A stretch of DNA of 64,000 nucleotides from Deltaproteobacteria bacterium (GCA_002709835.1 PAQX01000033.1:8538-72537), one strand, 5' to 3'; positions 53,966-62,558 are shown, counted from the stretch's first letter. Notes: a model not told the origin generated them from the letters alone. Numbers and translations: made by a program.

Positions 53966-54442
53966 ATGCTTGCAGTTGGGAGCGATGCGCCCGACTTCTC
54001 GGCGCAGGACCAGGACGGGAACACCGTCACGCTGTCCTCGTTGTCCGGGAAGTGGGTCGCCCTATGGTGGTATCCGAAGGCCTCGACGCCGGGTTGAACG
54101 CGTCAGGGCCACGGGTTCCGTGAGCAGAAAGATGCGTATGAAGGAGCGAATGCCGTCGTGATCGGCGTCTCCTTCGATTCGGTGGCGGATCAGAAGACGT
54201 TCGCCGACAACGAGGGCTTCCCCTACGTGCTCTTGTCCGACCCGGACAAGGCCATGGGGACGGCCTACGACGCTTGTCGCCAGGAAGGCGAGAAGTATTT
54301 CGAAGCCGGGATTCCGCGACGGATCAGCTACCTGATCAGCCCGGACGGCAAGATCGCGAAGGCCTACGACGTCGAGAACGATGGACTCGACCTCGACGGG
54401 CACGCTGCGGCGGTCCTTGCGGACATCCAGAGCGCGAGTTGA
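53966..54442 (+). CDS. bcp: BCP/PrxQ-type peroxiredoxin with in-frame TGA (54095-54097) at the peroxidatic position; candidate selenoprotein (alternatively a nonsense pseudogene)
   Basis: AGGAG SD plus ATG 53966. MLAVGSDAPDFSAQDQDGNTVTLSSLSGKWVALWWYPKASTPG-[TGA]-TRQGHGFREQKDAYEGANAVVIGVSFDS...LLSDPD...RISYLISPDGKIAKAY is collinear with Bcp over 158 codons. Track ORFs 53783..54097 and 54158..54442 share one frame. Confidence 0.7.
54098..54137 (+). promoter_or_regulatory. SECIS-like stem-loop immediately 3' of the in-frame UGA
   Basis: G54108-C54125, C54109-G54124, bulged A54123, C54110-G54122, A54111-U54121, C54112-G54120, G54113-C54119, apical loop GGUUC. An outer ACGC(54098-54101)/GCGU(54134-54137) helix. 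Loop centre is about 19 nt from the UGA. Confidence 0.45.
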
Positions 54443-54530
54443 TCGTCCGGGCGCTGGCCCGGATCGCAGAACGAAGACGCCCGGACGAGTCGATCGTCCG
54501 GGCGTTCCTCGTTCCAGAGGCGCGGCCTGC

Positions 54531-55031
54531 CTAACGCTTGTGCGCGTCGAAGGTTCCGTTGAAGGCGATCACGCGATCGTCGATCCGATCGCTGCGTCCC
54601 GAGAAGTCCGCGCGGAGTCCGGGTTCGACCTGTTCCGTCGCGAGGGGCAGGACGGCCTCGATCCCGGTGTAGTCGAGGTGGATCACCGCATCGATCCCGT
54701 CTTGCGTAGGGCGACCGACGATCTCGAAGCGCACCCGTGCGTCGCCGTGTTCGCAGACGCCGCTTCCCATCTCGGTCTCGCCGGTGAGGTCGGCAACGGT
54801 CAGCGCCACGTCGGCGATGTAGTCGAAGGCCCGTTCCTCGGCGGGGCCGTAGGTCTGGAAGCGGGTCTCGGTCACGAGGAGGAAGAACACGTCGTCGCCT
54901 ACGTACCGGCCGGCGGTCTCGAAGGACGGGGCGGGCGTTCCGGTCGCGGCGGCCCGGGGGCTCGCGCGCGTGGCGAGGAGGGCGAGGGAGACGAGCAGGA
55001 CGACGGCGGTCAGGGCGAGGCGGCGAATCAT
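54531..55031 (-). CDS. secreted hypothetical protein
   Basis: Signal peptide MIRRLALTAVVLLVSLALLATRA. 166 aa, no family recognised. Confidence 0.6.
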   Translation of the reverse strand: MIRRLALTAVVLLVSLALLATRASPRAAATGTPAPSFETAGRYVGDDVFFLLVTETRFQTYGPAEERAFDYIADVALTVADLTGETEMGSGVCEHGDARVRFEIVGRPTQDGIDAVIHLDYTGIEAVLPLATEQVEPGLRADFSGRSDRIDDRVIAFNGTFDAHKR

Positions 55032-55150
55032 GGCGGGCTCCAGGTGGAGCCGGTCACGTGGTCGTGCCGGCCTTCATCTGGAGAGGCGCAGACCCGCGCA
55101 GAACCGGGCAGTTTTTCCCGGGGCGCGCCGAGAAATCCTGCCCGCGGGGA

Positions 55151-55588
55151 TCAGGCTCGAATCCGCCAATGGACGAGCGTGTAGGGCGGCTCGGCCTCAT
55201 GGTGCTCGAAGACCGGATCGACGGTCGCGCCGATCGGGATCTCGCCCTCGGGAGGGGCCACGAGGTTGCCGACCATGCGGATCCCGTCCGCGTCGGGGAA
55301 CTCGACGAGGACGACCACGTAGGGGCAGGCCTCGGCGAGCACCGGGTGGACGGGATGATGCGGGCGCTGCCAGCTGTAGATCCGCGCCTCGCCGGGGACC
55401 GGCGCGAACTCGAGATCGAAGGAATGGCAGCGGTGGCAGAGATGTTCGGGGGTCCACTGCCAGGTGCCGCAGGCGTTGCAGCGCTGGGCGACGAGCTCGT
55501 CACGGGCAGCGGCGTCCCAGTAGGGACCGTCGAGCTCGTCGGGCATCGGCCGGGGCAGGCCTTCGGGCAGTACGAATGAATCGTTCAC
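55151..55588 (-). CDS. Zn-ribbon/OB-fold protein (DUF35 family)
   Basis: CNACGTWQWTPEHLCHRC ribbon followed by an OB-fold (YVVVLVEFPDADGIRMVGNLV). Lies downstream of a thiolase-like gene. Confidence 0.85.
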   Translation of the reverse strand: MNDSFVLPEGLPRPMPDELDGPYWDAAARDELVAQRCNACGTWQWTPEHLCHRCHSFDLEFAPVPGEARIYSWQRPHHPVHPVLAEACPYVVVLVEFPDADGIRMVGNLVAPPEGEIPIGATVDPVFEHHEAEPPYTLVHWRIRA

Positions 55589-55619
55589 GGCTTGATCTCC
55601 GAGGAATCGCGGACGGGCC

Positions 55620-56807
55620 TCACAGCGTGGCCTCCGAGCCGAAGAGGGAGTTGGTGGCCGGCACGACCATCGGTCCCGAGTTCACGAAGGCGACCTCGGC
55701 GCCCTCGACCTGATTGGGCGAGGTGCCGCGGATCTGGCGGACCGCTTCGATGTTCAGCTCGAGGCCGTGCATGTAGCACTCGGCGAGGTTGCCGCCGCTC
55801 GTATTGAGGGGGAGCTTGCCCTTCGGTGCGATCAGGTTGTCGAAGGCGATCACTTCGTTGGCGTTCTCGTAGGTGCAGAAGCCGTGTTCGATCAGGCTCA
55901 TGACCACGCCGCCGGTGAAGTTCTCGTAGCTCTGGACGACATCCACGTCCTCCGGTCCGAGCTCCGCCATCGCGAAGAGATCGGGCGCGACGGTCTTGAA
56001 GCTCGAGGTCGCATAGTCGGGGTTGTTGTGGCCGCCGGCCCCGGCGCGGTACTCCGCCCCCTGCGCCGCGCCGAGGAGGTAGGCGGGCTTCTGCTTGAGG
56101 TCCTTCGCGCGGTCCGCGGGCACGAGGATCAGCGCGGCGGCCCCGTCGTTCTCGAGACAGCAGTCGAAGAGGCGGAAGGGCTCGGTGATCCAGCGCGAGT
56201 TGTCGTAGCCATCCACGTCGAGGGGGCGCCCGTGCATGACGGCGCGCGGGTTGTTCTGGGCGTGGTGGTAGGAGGCCATCGAGATCGCGCGCAGGGTGCT
56301 GCGCGAGATCCCGTGGTCGTGCATCAGGCGCGTCGTGCGCATCGCGAACATCTGCGCCGGCGACATCACGCCGTAGGGGATCGTGTGGGCGTAGGAGCCG
56401 GCGAGTGCGCCGGGGTAGCCCGCGCCCGAACCGAAACGTCCGCCCTGGCCCTGGGCCAGCCCGCGGTAGACGACGACGCAATCCGCGACGCCGGCGTGGA
56501 TCGCCATGGCCGCATTCCCGATGGCTCCGGAGCCGCCGCCTCCTCCGCCGCCCCACACCATGTTCGCGAAGCGGAGGGACTTCATGCCGAGCGCGGCCGC
56601 GACCCGGTCCGCCGGATTCTTGTCGTCGGCGTACGAGGCGATCCCGTCGATCTCGCACGGATCGATCCCAGCATCCTCTGCTGCAGCGAGGATCGCCTTC
56701 AGCGTCAGCTTGAACTGCGCGTCTGGGGACTGGCCGTGTTTGTAGTAGGTCGTCTCGCCGATTCCGGCGACGGCGACCTGACCGCGCATCGTTCGTTTCG
56801 TTCGCAT
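55620..56807 (-). CDS. thiolase-like / SCP-x-type lipid-transfer protein
   Basis: Last 395 codons of the 734-aa track ORF: QVAVAGIGETTYYKHG..., ...NTSGGNLAECYMHGLE... AGGAG SD upstream of ATG 56807. Confidence 0.88.
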   Translation of the reverse strand: MRTKRTMRGQVAVAGIGETTYYKHGQSPDAQFKLTLKAILAAAEDAGIDPCEIDGIASYADDKNPADRVAAALGMKSLRFANMVWGGGGGGGSGAIGNAAMAIHAGVADCVVVYRGLAQGQGGRFGSGAGYPGALAGSYAHTIPYGVMSPAQMFAMRTTRLMHDHGISRSTLRAISMASYHHAQNNPRAVMHGRPLDVDGYDNSRWITEPFRLFDCCLENDGAAALILVPADRAKDLKQKPAYLLGAAQGAEYRAGAGGHNNPDYATSSFKTVAPDLFAMAELGPEDVDVVQSYENFTGGVVMSLIEHGFCTYENANEVIAFDNLIAPKGKLPLNTSGGNLAECYMHGLELNIEAVRQIRGTSPNQVEGAEVAFVNSGPMVVPATNSLFGSEATL

Positions 56808-56939
56808 CGCCCGTTCTCCTGCATGGGTGGCGAGGAGCCTCGACGATAAGCGGGTGGGCCGCGTCGCGCTCGCACCCCCCGCTGTCCGGCGGGGAGCGGA
56901 CGCGCCATAATCGAGGTTTCCGATCCGAAGGGAGAATCC

Positions 56940-57812
56940 GTGTCCGCACCCGTGTCCCGATTCGAAGCGCCGACCGAGGTCGAGGCGGCCGTCGCGCTGC
57001 TCGCCGAAGAAGAGGGGGCGCGCGTCCTCTCGGGCGGAACGGACCTCCTCGTCCAGATGCGACTGGGCGCCGGCGCGCCGCCGCTCTTCGTCGACGTGAA
57101 GAGGATTCCCCGACTGACGGCGGTTCGGCTCGATTCGAACGGCTTGCGGATCGGCGCCGCGGTGCCGGCGGCCGAGATCTATGAGAACGACGAAATTCGT
57201 TCGCTCTGGCCCGGACTCGCGGAAGCCACCGATCTGATCGGTTCGACCCAGATCCAGGGCCGTGCGACCTGGTCCGGGAACCTCTGCAACGCGTCGCCGG
57301 CGGCGGACGCGGTGCCCGCCCTGATCGCCTGTGGCGCGACCGCGGTCGTGGCCGGACCGAAAGGAGAGCGCCGGGTCGCGGTCGAAGACTTCACGACCGG
57401 TCCGGGCAAGACGGTGCTGGAGCGCGGGGAGCTCGTGATCGAGTTCGAAGTGCCCGCTCCGGCGGTCCATGCGAGCGACGCGTATCTCCGACTGATCCCG
57501 CGCACAGAAATGGACATCGCCGTCGTCGGGGCCGGCGTCGCGCTCACGCTCGACGCCGCGGGGACCGTCGAGTCGGCGAGGGTGGTTCTCGGGGCCGTTG
57601 CGCCGACCGCGATCCGCGTGCCCGACGCAGAGGCCGCGCTCGTAGGATCCCCCCTCGGCGACGAATCGCTCTCCGCGGCCGCCGCCGCGTCGACGGCCGC
57701 GGCCAACCCGATCGACGACAAGCGCGGGACCGTCGCCTATCGCAAGAAGATCGCCGGCGTCCTCACGACGCGTGCCGCGAAGGTCGCGTACGAGCGCGCG
57801 CAGGCGCGCTAG
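56940..57812 (+). CDS. xanthine dehydrogenase-family FAD-binding (medium, CoxM-like) subunit
   Basis: ARVLSGGTDLLVQM, ...IGSTQIQGRATWSGNLCNASPAAD..., ...DDKRGTVAYRKK... GTG start with GGGAGAA SD. Confidence 0.88.
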   Translation: MSAPVSRFEAPTEVEAAVALLAEEEGARVLSGGTDLLVQMRLGAGAPPLFVDVKRIPRLTAVRLDSNGLRIGAAVPAAEIYENDEIRSLWPGLAEATDLIGSTQIQGRATWSGNLCNASPAADAVPALIACGATAVVAGPKGERRVAVEDFTTGPGKTVLERGELVIEFEVPAPAVHASDAYLRLIPRTEMDIAVVGAGVALTLDAAGTVESARVVLGAVAPTAIRVPDAEAALVGSPLGDESLSAAAAASTAAANPIDDKRGTVAYRKKIAGVLTTRAAKVAYERAQAR

Positions 57813-57862
57813 CCGGAACCGCACGGTCCGCCGGAAGACTGAAGCAAGAGAAGAGAGAAGAC

Positions 57863-58345
57863 GTGGCGAAGATTCGAGTCGAGACGACGATCAACGGGGA
57901 AGAGACCGAGTTCCTCTGCAACGGGCAAGAGAGCCTGCTCGAGGTGCTCCGGGACGGCCTCGGGATGACCGGCACGAAGGAAGGCTGTACGACCGGGGAC
58001 TGCGGCGCCTGCTCCGTCGTCGTCGACGGCCGGCTCGTTCCGTCCTGCCTCGTCCTCGCCGCGGAGACCGGCGGACGGACCGTCGACACGATCGAAGGCG
58101 TCGCCGATGGCCAGACGCTGACGCCCGTCCAGCAGCAGTTCCTCGAACACGGCGCGCTGCAGTGCGGGATCTGTACGCCGGGCTTCATCGTCGCCGCCGA
58201 AAAGCTGCTCGAGAAGAACCCGAACCCGACCGAGGCCGAGGCGCGGTATTTCCTCGCCGGCAACCTCTGTCGGTGCACCGGATACGACAAGATCATCAAG
58301 GCGGTCCTCGACGCGGCGGCCGTGATGCGGGAGGGGCGGGCATGA
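57863..58345 (+). CDS. (2Fe-2S)-binding small (CoxS-like) subunit
   Basis: Two cluster motifs: GCTTGDCGACSV...C and CGICTPGF...CRCTGY. Confidence 0.92.
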   Translation: MAKIRVETTINGEETEFLCNGQESLLEVLRDGLGMTGTKEGCTTGDCGACSVVVDGRLVPSCLVLAAETGGRTVDTIEGVADGQTLTPVQQQFLEHGALQCGICTPGFIVAAEKLLEKNPNPTEAEARYFLAGNLCRCTGYDKIIKAVLDAAAVMREGRA

Positions 58346-60618
58346 GCGCAGCCACCGACGATTCGAATCGCAAGTTCAAGCAGATCGGCAGTCGACCCAT
58401 CCGTCACGACGGCCTCGACAAGGTGACGGGCCGCGCCCGCTTCGGTGCGGACTTCACGCTGCCCGGCGCGCTGCAGGGCGTCTTCGTCCGCAGTCCCTAC
58501 GCCCACGCGAAGATCTTGAAGATCGACACGAGCAAGGCGGAGAAGGTCCCCGGCGTGAAGGCGGTGATCACCGCGGAGGACCTCCCGGAGCTCCCCATGA
58601 GTTGGGTCTCCCAGGGCCCTGCCGGCGTCGACTCCGGCGCGAACCAGCGGGTGATTCTCGCGCGCGAGAAGGCGCTCTATCACGGCCACGCCTTTGCGGC
58701 GGTCGCGGCGGCGACCCGTGAGATCGCGGTCGAAGCGGGTCGGCTGATCGAAGTCGAGTGGGAAGTTCTTCCGCCGGTCCTCTCGGTCGACCAGGCGCTC
58801 GCCGAAGACGCGCCGATCCTGCATGAGGGCCAGAAGACCGAGGGGGCGGGTCCGCCGGTCGAGGGCGACACGAACATCACGAACCAGATCGTCTTCGAAG
58901 GCGGCGACCTCGACGCGGGATTCGCGGACGCGGACCTCGTCGTAGAAGGCGAGTTCGAGACCCCGATGGTCCACCAGGGCTACATCGAACCCCATGCCTG
59001 CCTGGTCAACGCGCGCGAGGACGGGACTTCGGAGATCTGGTGTGCGACTCAGGGGCCCTTCGGCGTGAAGACCGAAACGGCCACGCTCACTGGGACGGAT
59101 CCGCAGACGATCAAGGTCACGCCCTCCGAGATCGGCGGTGGCTTCGGCGGCAAGATCCCGGTCTACCTCGAGCCCGCCGCGCTGGCCCTCTCTCGCAAGG
59201 CGGGTCGGCCGGTCAAGATGACGATGACCCGGGAGGAGGTCTTCCGTGGGACGGGGCCGACCTCGGGCTCCAAGATGAAGCTCAAGCTCGGGGCGAAGAG
59301 CGACGGCACGCTGGTCGCTGCGGATCTCCGGCTCGACTTCGAGGCGGGCTGCTTCCGCGGTTCGCCCGTCGGCGCGGCTTGCATGACCACGCTCTCGCCG
59401 TACGTGATCCCGAACTTCCGGATCCTCGGTCGGGACATCGTCGTGAACAAGCCGCGAGTCGCAGCCTATCGCGCGCCTGGCGCCCCGATTGGCTCGTTCG
59501 CCGCGGAGAGTCTCCTCGACGAGCTCGCGCGAAAGCTCGGTCGCGACCCGATCGACCTTCGCCTGCAGAACGCGATCGAAGAAGGCGGTCGTGCGAAGTA
59601 TGGCCCGAAGTTCGGCCCGATCGGCTTCAAGGAGACGCTCGAAGCCGCCAAGGCCCACCCGCAGTACAAGACGGCCCTCGAAGGCAACCAGGGCCGCGGT
59701 GTCGCGGCGGGCTTCTGGTTCAACGCCGGCATGCAGTCGAGCGCGACGGTGAGCGTGAACCCCGACGGCTCGGCGGTCGTGCGGACCGGCAACCCGGACA
59801 TCGGGGGGAGTCGCGCGAGCATGGCCCTCATGTGTGCCGAAGAACTCGGGATCGACGTTGCGCGCGTTCGACCGATGGTCGGTGACACCGACTCGGTCGG
59901 ACACTGCGACCCGACCGGCGGCAGCCGCGTGACCTACGCGACGGGTATGGCGGTCATCGATGCGACGCGACAGGTGATCGATCATCTGCGCGCGCGGGCG
60001 GCGACGATGCTCGACGTCGAACTCGACAGCATCGAATGGCAGGACGGCAATGCCGTCGCGGTCAACGGGGCCTCCGACAAGGGCTCGATCCCGATCGAAG
60101 ACATCGCCCGCAAGATGGGCGCGACCGGTGGCCCGATCGTCGCGAGCGCCTCCGTCAGCCCGCCGGCGGCGGGCCCAGGCTTCGGAGTCCACGTCTGCGA
60201 CCTCGAGGTCGACCCGGAGACGGGGGTCTCGCGCGTGCTCCGGTATCTGGTCGTCCAGGACGCGGGGAAGGCGATCCACCCGACCTTCGTCGAAGGCCAA
60301 TATCAGGGCGGCGCCGCTCAGGGAATCGGCTGGGCGCTCAACGAGGAGTACCTCTGGGACGAAGAGGGCAAGGTCGAGAACGCCGGCTTCCTCGACTACC
60401 GGGTGCCGGTGGCGAGCGACCTGCCGATGATCGACACGGTGATCGTCGAAGTGCCGAACCCGCTCCATCCCTATGGGGTGCGCGGCGTCGGAGAGACCCC
60501 GATCGTGCCGCCGCTCGGGGCCGTCGCGAACGCGATGCGCGATGCGACGGGGGTTCGTTTTCATCGGCTGCCGATGTCGCCGCCGAGGGTCCTCGATGCC
60601 CTCGAAGGCGCCGAGTAG
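58342..60618 (+). CDS. xanthine dehydrogenase-family molybdopterin-binding large subunit (aldehyde-oxidoreductase-like, not CODH-type)
   Basis: ATG 58342 overlaps the small-subunit stop (ATGA). ...GRARFGADF..., IGGGFGGK, AAYRAPGAP active-site loop (not VAYRCSFR or AYRGAGR), C-terminal YGVRGVGE. Confidence 0.92.
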   Translation: MSAATDDSNRKFKQIGSRPIRHDGLDKVTGRARFGADFTLPGALQGVFVRSPYAHAKILKIDTSKAEKVPGVKAVITAEDLPELPMSWVSQGPAGVDSGANQRVILAREKALYHGHAFAAVAAATREIAVEAGRLIEVEWEVLPPVLSVDQALAEDAPILHEGQKTEGAGPPVEGDTNITNQIVFEGGDLDAGFADADLVVEGEFETPMVHQGYIEPHACLVNAREDGTSEIWCATQGPFGVKTETATLTGTDPQTIKVTPSEIGGGFGGKIPVYLEPAALALSRKAGRPVKMTMTREEVFRGTGPTSGSKMKLKLGAKSDGTLVAADLRLDFEAGCFRGSPVGAACMTTLSPYVIPNFRILGRDIVVNKPRVAAYRAPGAPIGSFAAESLLDELARKLGRDPIDLRLQNAIEEGGRAKYGPKFGPIGFKETLEAAKAHPQYKTALEGNQGRGVAAGFWFNAGMQSSATVSVNPDGSAVVRTGNPDIGGSRASMALMCAEELGIDVARVRPMVGDTDSVGHCDPTGGSRVTYATGMAVIDATRQVIDHLRARAATMLDVELDSIEWQDGNAVAVNGASDKGSIPIEDIARKMGATGGPIVASASVSPPAAGPGFGVHVCDLEVDPETGVSRVLRYLVVQDAGKAIHPTFVEGQYQGGAAQGIGWALNEEYLWDEEGKVENAGFLDYRVPVASDLPMIDTVIVEVPNPLHPYGVRGVGETPIVPPLGAVANAMRDATGVRFHRLPMSPPRVLDALEGAE

Positions 60619-60643
60619 GCACGCCGGGACGAAGGGATCCCCC

Positions 60644-61231
60644 TTGGCGATCGTCCTCTTCTCGTCGGCGCAACAACGCTTCACGAAGGGGGAAGACAGG
60701 GTCGAGATCGAGGCGACCCGCGTCGACCACCTGATTCGTGCGCTCTACGCCCGATATGCCGAGCTCGACGGGCAGCTCGACAACGCGGCGGTCGCCGTCG
60801 ACGGTGTGATCCACAACGAAGCGGAGTACGTCGCCTTGCCCGAAGGCTGTGAAGTCCAATTCGTCGGGCAGGTCGCGGGCGGCTCCGGCGACGCGGTGAG
60901 CGAGCCGCTCGGCGGCGTCACAGGAGAGCCCCTCGGGCTCGCGCGTGCATGGCGAAGCGCGGGGCGAGGCGTCGCGATCGCCACGGTCATCGAGACATGG
61001 GGCTCGTCACCCTGTCCGGCGGGGAGCCTGCTCGCCGTCGACGAACGGGGTCACTTCGAAGGCTCCGTGTCGGGCGGGTGCGTCGAAGGGGCGGTCATCG
61101 AAGCGGCCGGCAACGTGATCGAGAGCGGAGAGTCCACCGTCCTCGAGTTCGGCGTCGCCGACGAAGACGCCTGGGCGGTCGGGCTCGCGTGCGGGGGTCG
61201 CGTCCGCATTCTCGTCGAGCGCCTCGGGTGA
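60644..61231 (+). CDS. MoaD/ThiS-like beta-grasp (80 aa, ends GG) fused in frame to an XdhC/CoxI N-terminal domain
   Basis: TTG 60644 (GAAGGGA SD). LAIVLFSSAQQRF...PEGCEVQFVGQVAGG, with GG at 60878-60883 and no stop. Then SGDAVSEPLGGVTGEPLGLARAW...AIATVIETWGSSPCPAGSLLAVDERGHFEGSVSGGCVEGAV... to TGA 61231. Confidence 0.7.
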   Translation: MAIVLFSSAQQRFTKGEDRVEIEATRVDHLIRALYARYAELDGQLDNAAVAVDGVIHNEAEYVALPEGCEVQFVGQVAGGSGDAVSEPLGGVTGEPLGLARAWRSAGRGVAIATVIETWGSSPCPAGSLLAVDERGHFEGSVSGGCVEGAVIEAAGNVIESGESTVLEFGVADEDAWAVGLACGGRVRILVERLG

Positions 61232-61923
61232 AGGGCGCGTTCCTCGAAGAGATCCTCGCGGCCCGCGAAGAGCGCCGACCCGTCGTTCGGCTCGTTTGGC
61301 TCGACGACGGTCGTGAAAGGCTCGTCGATCCGGCCGGCGGCGGGGCGGGCCTCGATGCGAGCCTCGTCGAAGCGGCGAAAGACGCGCTGCGCTCCGACAA
61401 GGCCACCCTCGTCGAGACGGACGGGGGGGCGATCTTCGTCCATCCCTTCAATCCGGCGCTTCGTCTCGCGATCGTGGGCGCCGTCCACATCGCCCAACAC
61501 CTCGCCGCTCTCGCCGATCGCCTTGGCTACTCGGTGACGGTGATCGATCCGCGGACGGGCTTCCTGACCGAGGCGCGCTTTCCGGGCGTCACCCTCGATG
61601 CGCGTTGGCCGGACGAAGCCCTCGAAGCGTTCGCGCTCGATGCGCGGAGTGCGGTGGTGACCCTGTCCCACGATTCCAAGATCGACGAGCCTGCGTTGTC
61701 GGCCGCGCTTCGGTCGCCCGCGTTCTACGTCGGCGCGCTCGGGAGTCGAAGGACCCAGGAGAAGCGGCGCGGTCGGCTGCGGGAAGCGGGGCTCGCGGAG
61801 GCGGACCTCGACCGGATCCATGGGCCGGTCGGGCTCGATCTCGGGGCAAAGAGCCCTGCGGAGATCGCGCTCTCGGTGGCGGCCGAGTTGACCGCGACGC
61901 TCCGCGCACGTGGCGACGCGTGA
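61228..61923 (+). CDS. XdhC-family Moco-insertion chaperone (Rossmann-type C-domain protein)
   Basis: GTGA-coupled start at 61228. LRLAIVGAVHIAQHLAALADRLGYSVTVIDPR...VVTLSHDSKIDEPAL...FYVGALGSRR. Confidence 0.85.
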   Translation: MKGAFLEEILAAREERRPVVRLVWLDDGRERLVDPAGGGAGLDASLVEAAKDALRSDKATLVETDGGAIFVHPFNPALRLAIVGAVHIAQHLAALADRLGYSVTVIDPRTGFLTEARFPGVTLDARWPDEALEAFALDARSAVVTLSHDSKIDEPALSAALRSPAFYVGALGSRRTQEKRRGRLREAGLAEADLDRIHGPVGLDLGAKSPAEIALSVAAELTATLRARGDA

Positions 61924-62558
61924 CGCGTACCGGAGCGGATTACGTCGCGCTGGTGCTCGCGGCCGGCGCTTCCCGCCGGATGGGCGCGGACCAGAACAAG
62001 CTGCTCGAAGAGGTCGGGGGACGGCCTCTCGTCGCGGGCGTCGTCGAGGCATTCGTCGAGGCGGGGGTCGACCGGGTCCTCGTCGTCGTCGGGCATGAAG
62101 CGGAACGGATCGAAGCAGTGCTCGCCGGTCGACCGGGAGTCGAGTGGGTCGCGAATGCGGCGTGGTCGGAAGGGATGGGGAGCTCGCTCGCGGCCGGGGC
62201 GAGCGTTCTGGCAAAAGAAGCCGAGGGCAGGCTCGACGGGGTGCTGGTCTGCGTCGGCGATCTTCCGGGGCTCTCGCCCGAGGTGATCGGGCAGGTGTGC
62301 GCCGCTCACGCAGAGAGCGCTTCGCCCGCGGCGATCTGCGTTCCGACCCACGGCGGGCGGGACGGTCATCCGGTGCTTTTCGGTCGCGTCCATCTCGACG
62401 CGCTCGTCGCGCAGTCGGGGGATCGCGGCGCGCGGGGGCTGCTCCTCGAATACGCGGACGACGTCCGGCGGGTTCCCGTCGAAAGCGCTGGGATCTTCGA
62501 GGACGTCGATACGCCCGAGCAACTCGAGCGCGCTCGTCGCGAAGTCGGGAGCCGGTAG
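61920..62558 (+). CDS. mocA: MobA-like NTP transferase, probable molybdenum cofactor cytidylyltransferase
   Basis: GTGA-coupled start at 61920. LVLAAGASRRMG..NKLL......PLV, ...GDLPGLSPE..., ...GHPVLF... is the MocA/MobA glycosyltransferase-A-like pattern. Confidence 0.85.
   Translation: MTRTGADYVALVLAAGASRRMGADQNKLLEEVGGRPLVAGVVEAFVEAGVDRVLVVVGHEAERIEAVLAGRPGVEWVANAAWSEGMGSSLAAGASVLAKEAEGRLDGVLVCVGDLPGLSPEVIGQVCAAHAESASPAAICVPTHGGRDGHPVLFGRVHLDALVAQSGDRGARGLLLEYADDVRRVPVESAGIFEDVDTPEQLERARREVGSR

Noticed and set aside
56808-56939. Moco riboswitch upstream of the Mo-hydroxylase operon
   Set aside because: The 130-nt divergent spacer shows no recognisable conserved Moco-motif core by eye, and it must also hold two promoters. 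This cannot be supported without a covariance-model search.
56940-60618. Aerobic carbon monoxide dehydrogenase (coxMSL)
   Set aside because: The gene order fits, but the large-subunit active-site loop is AAYRAPGAP rather than the CODH signatures. I call it a generic XDH/aldehyde-oxidoreductase family enzyme.
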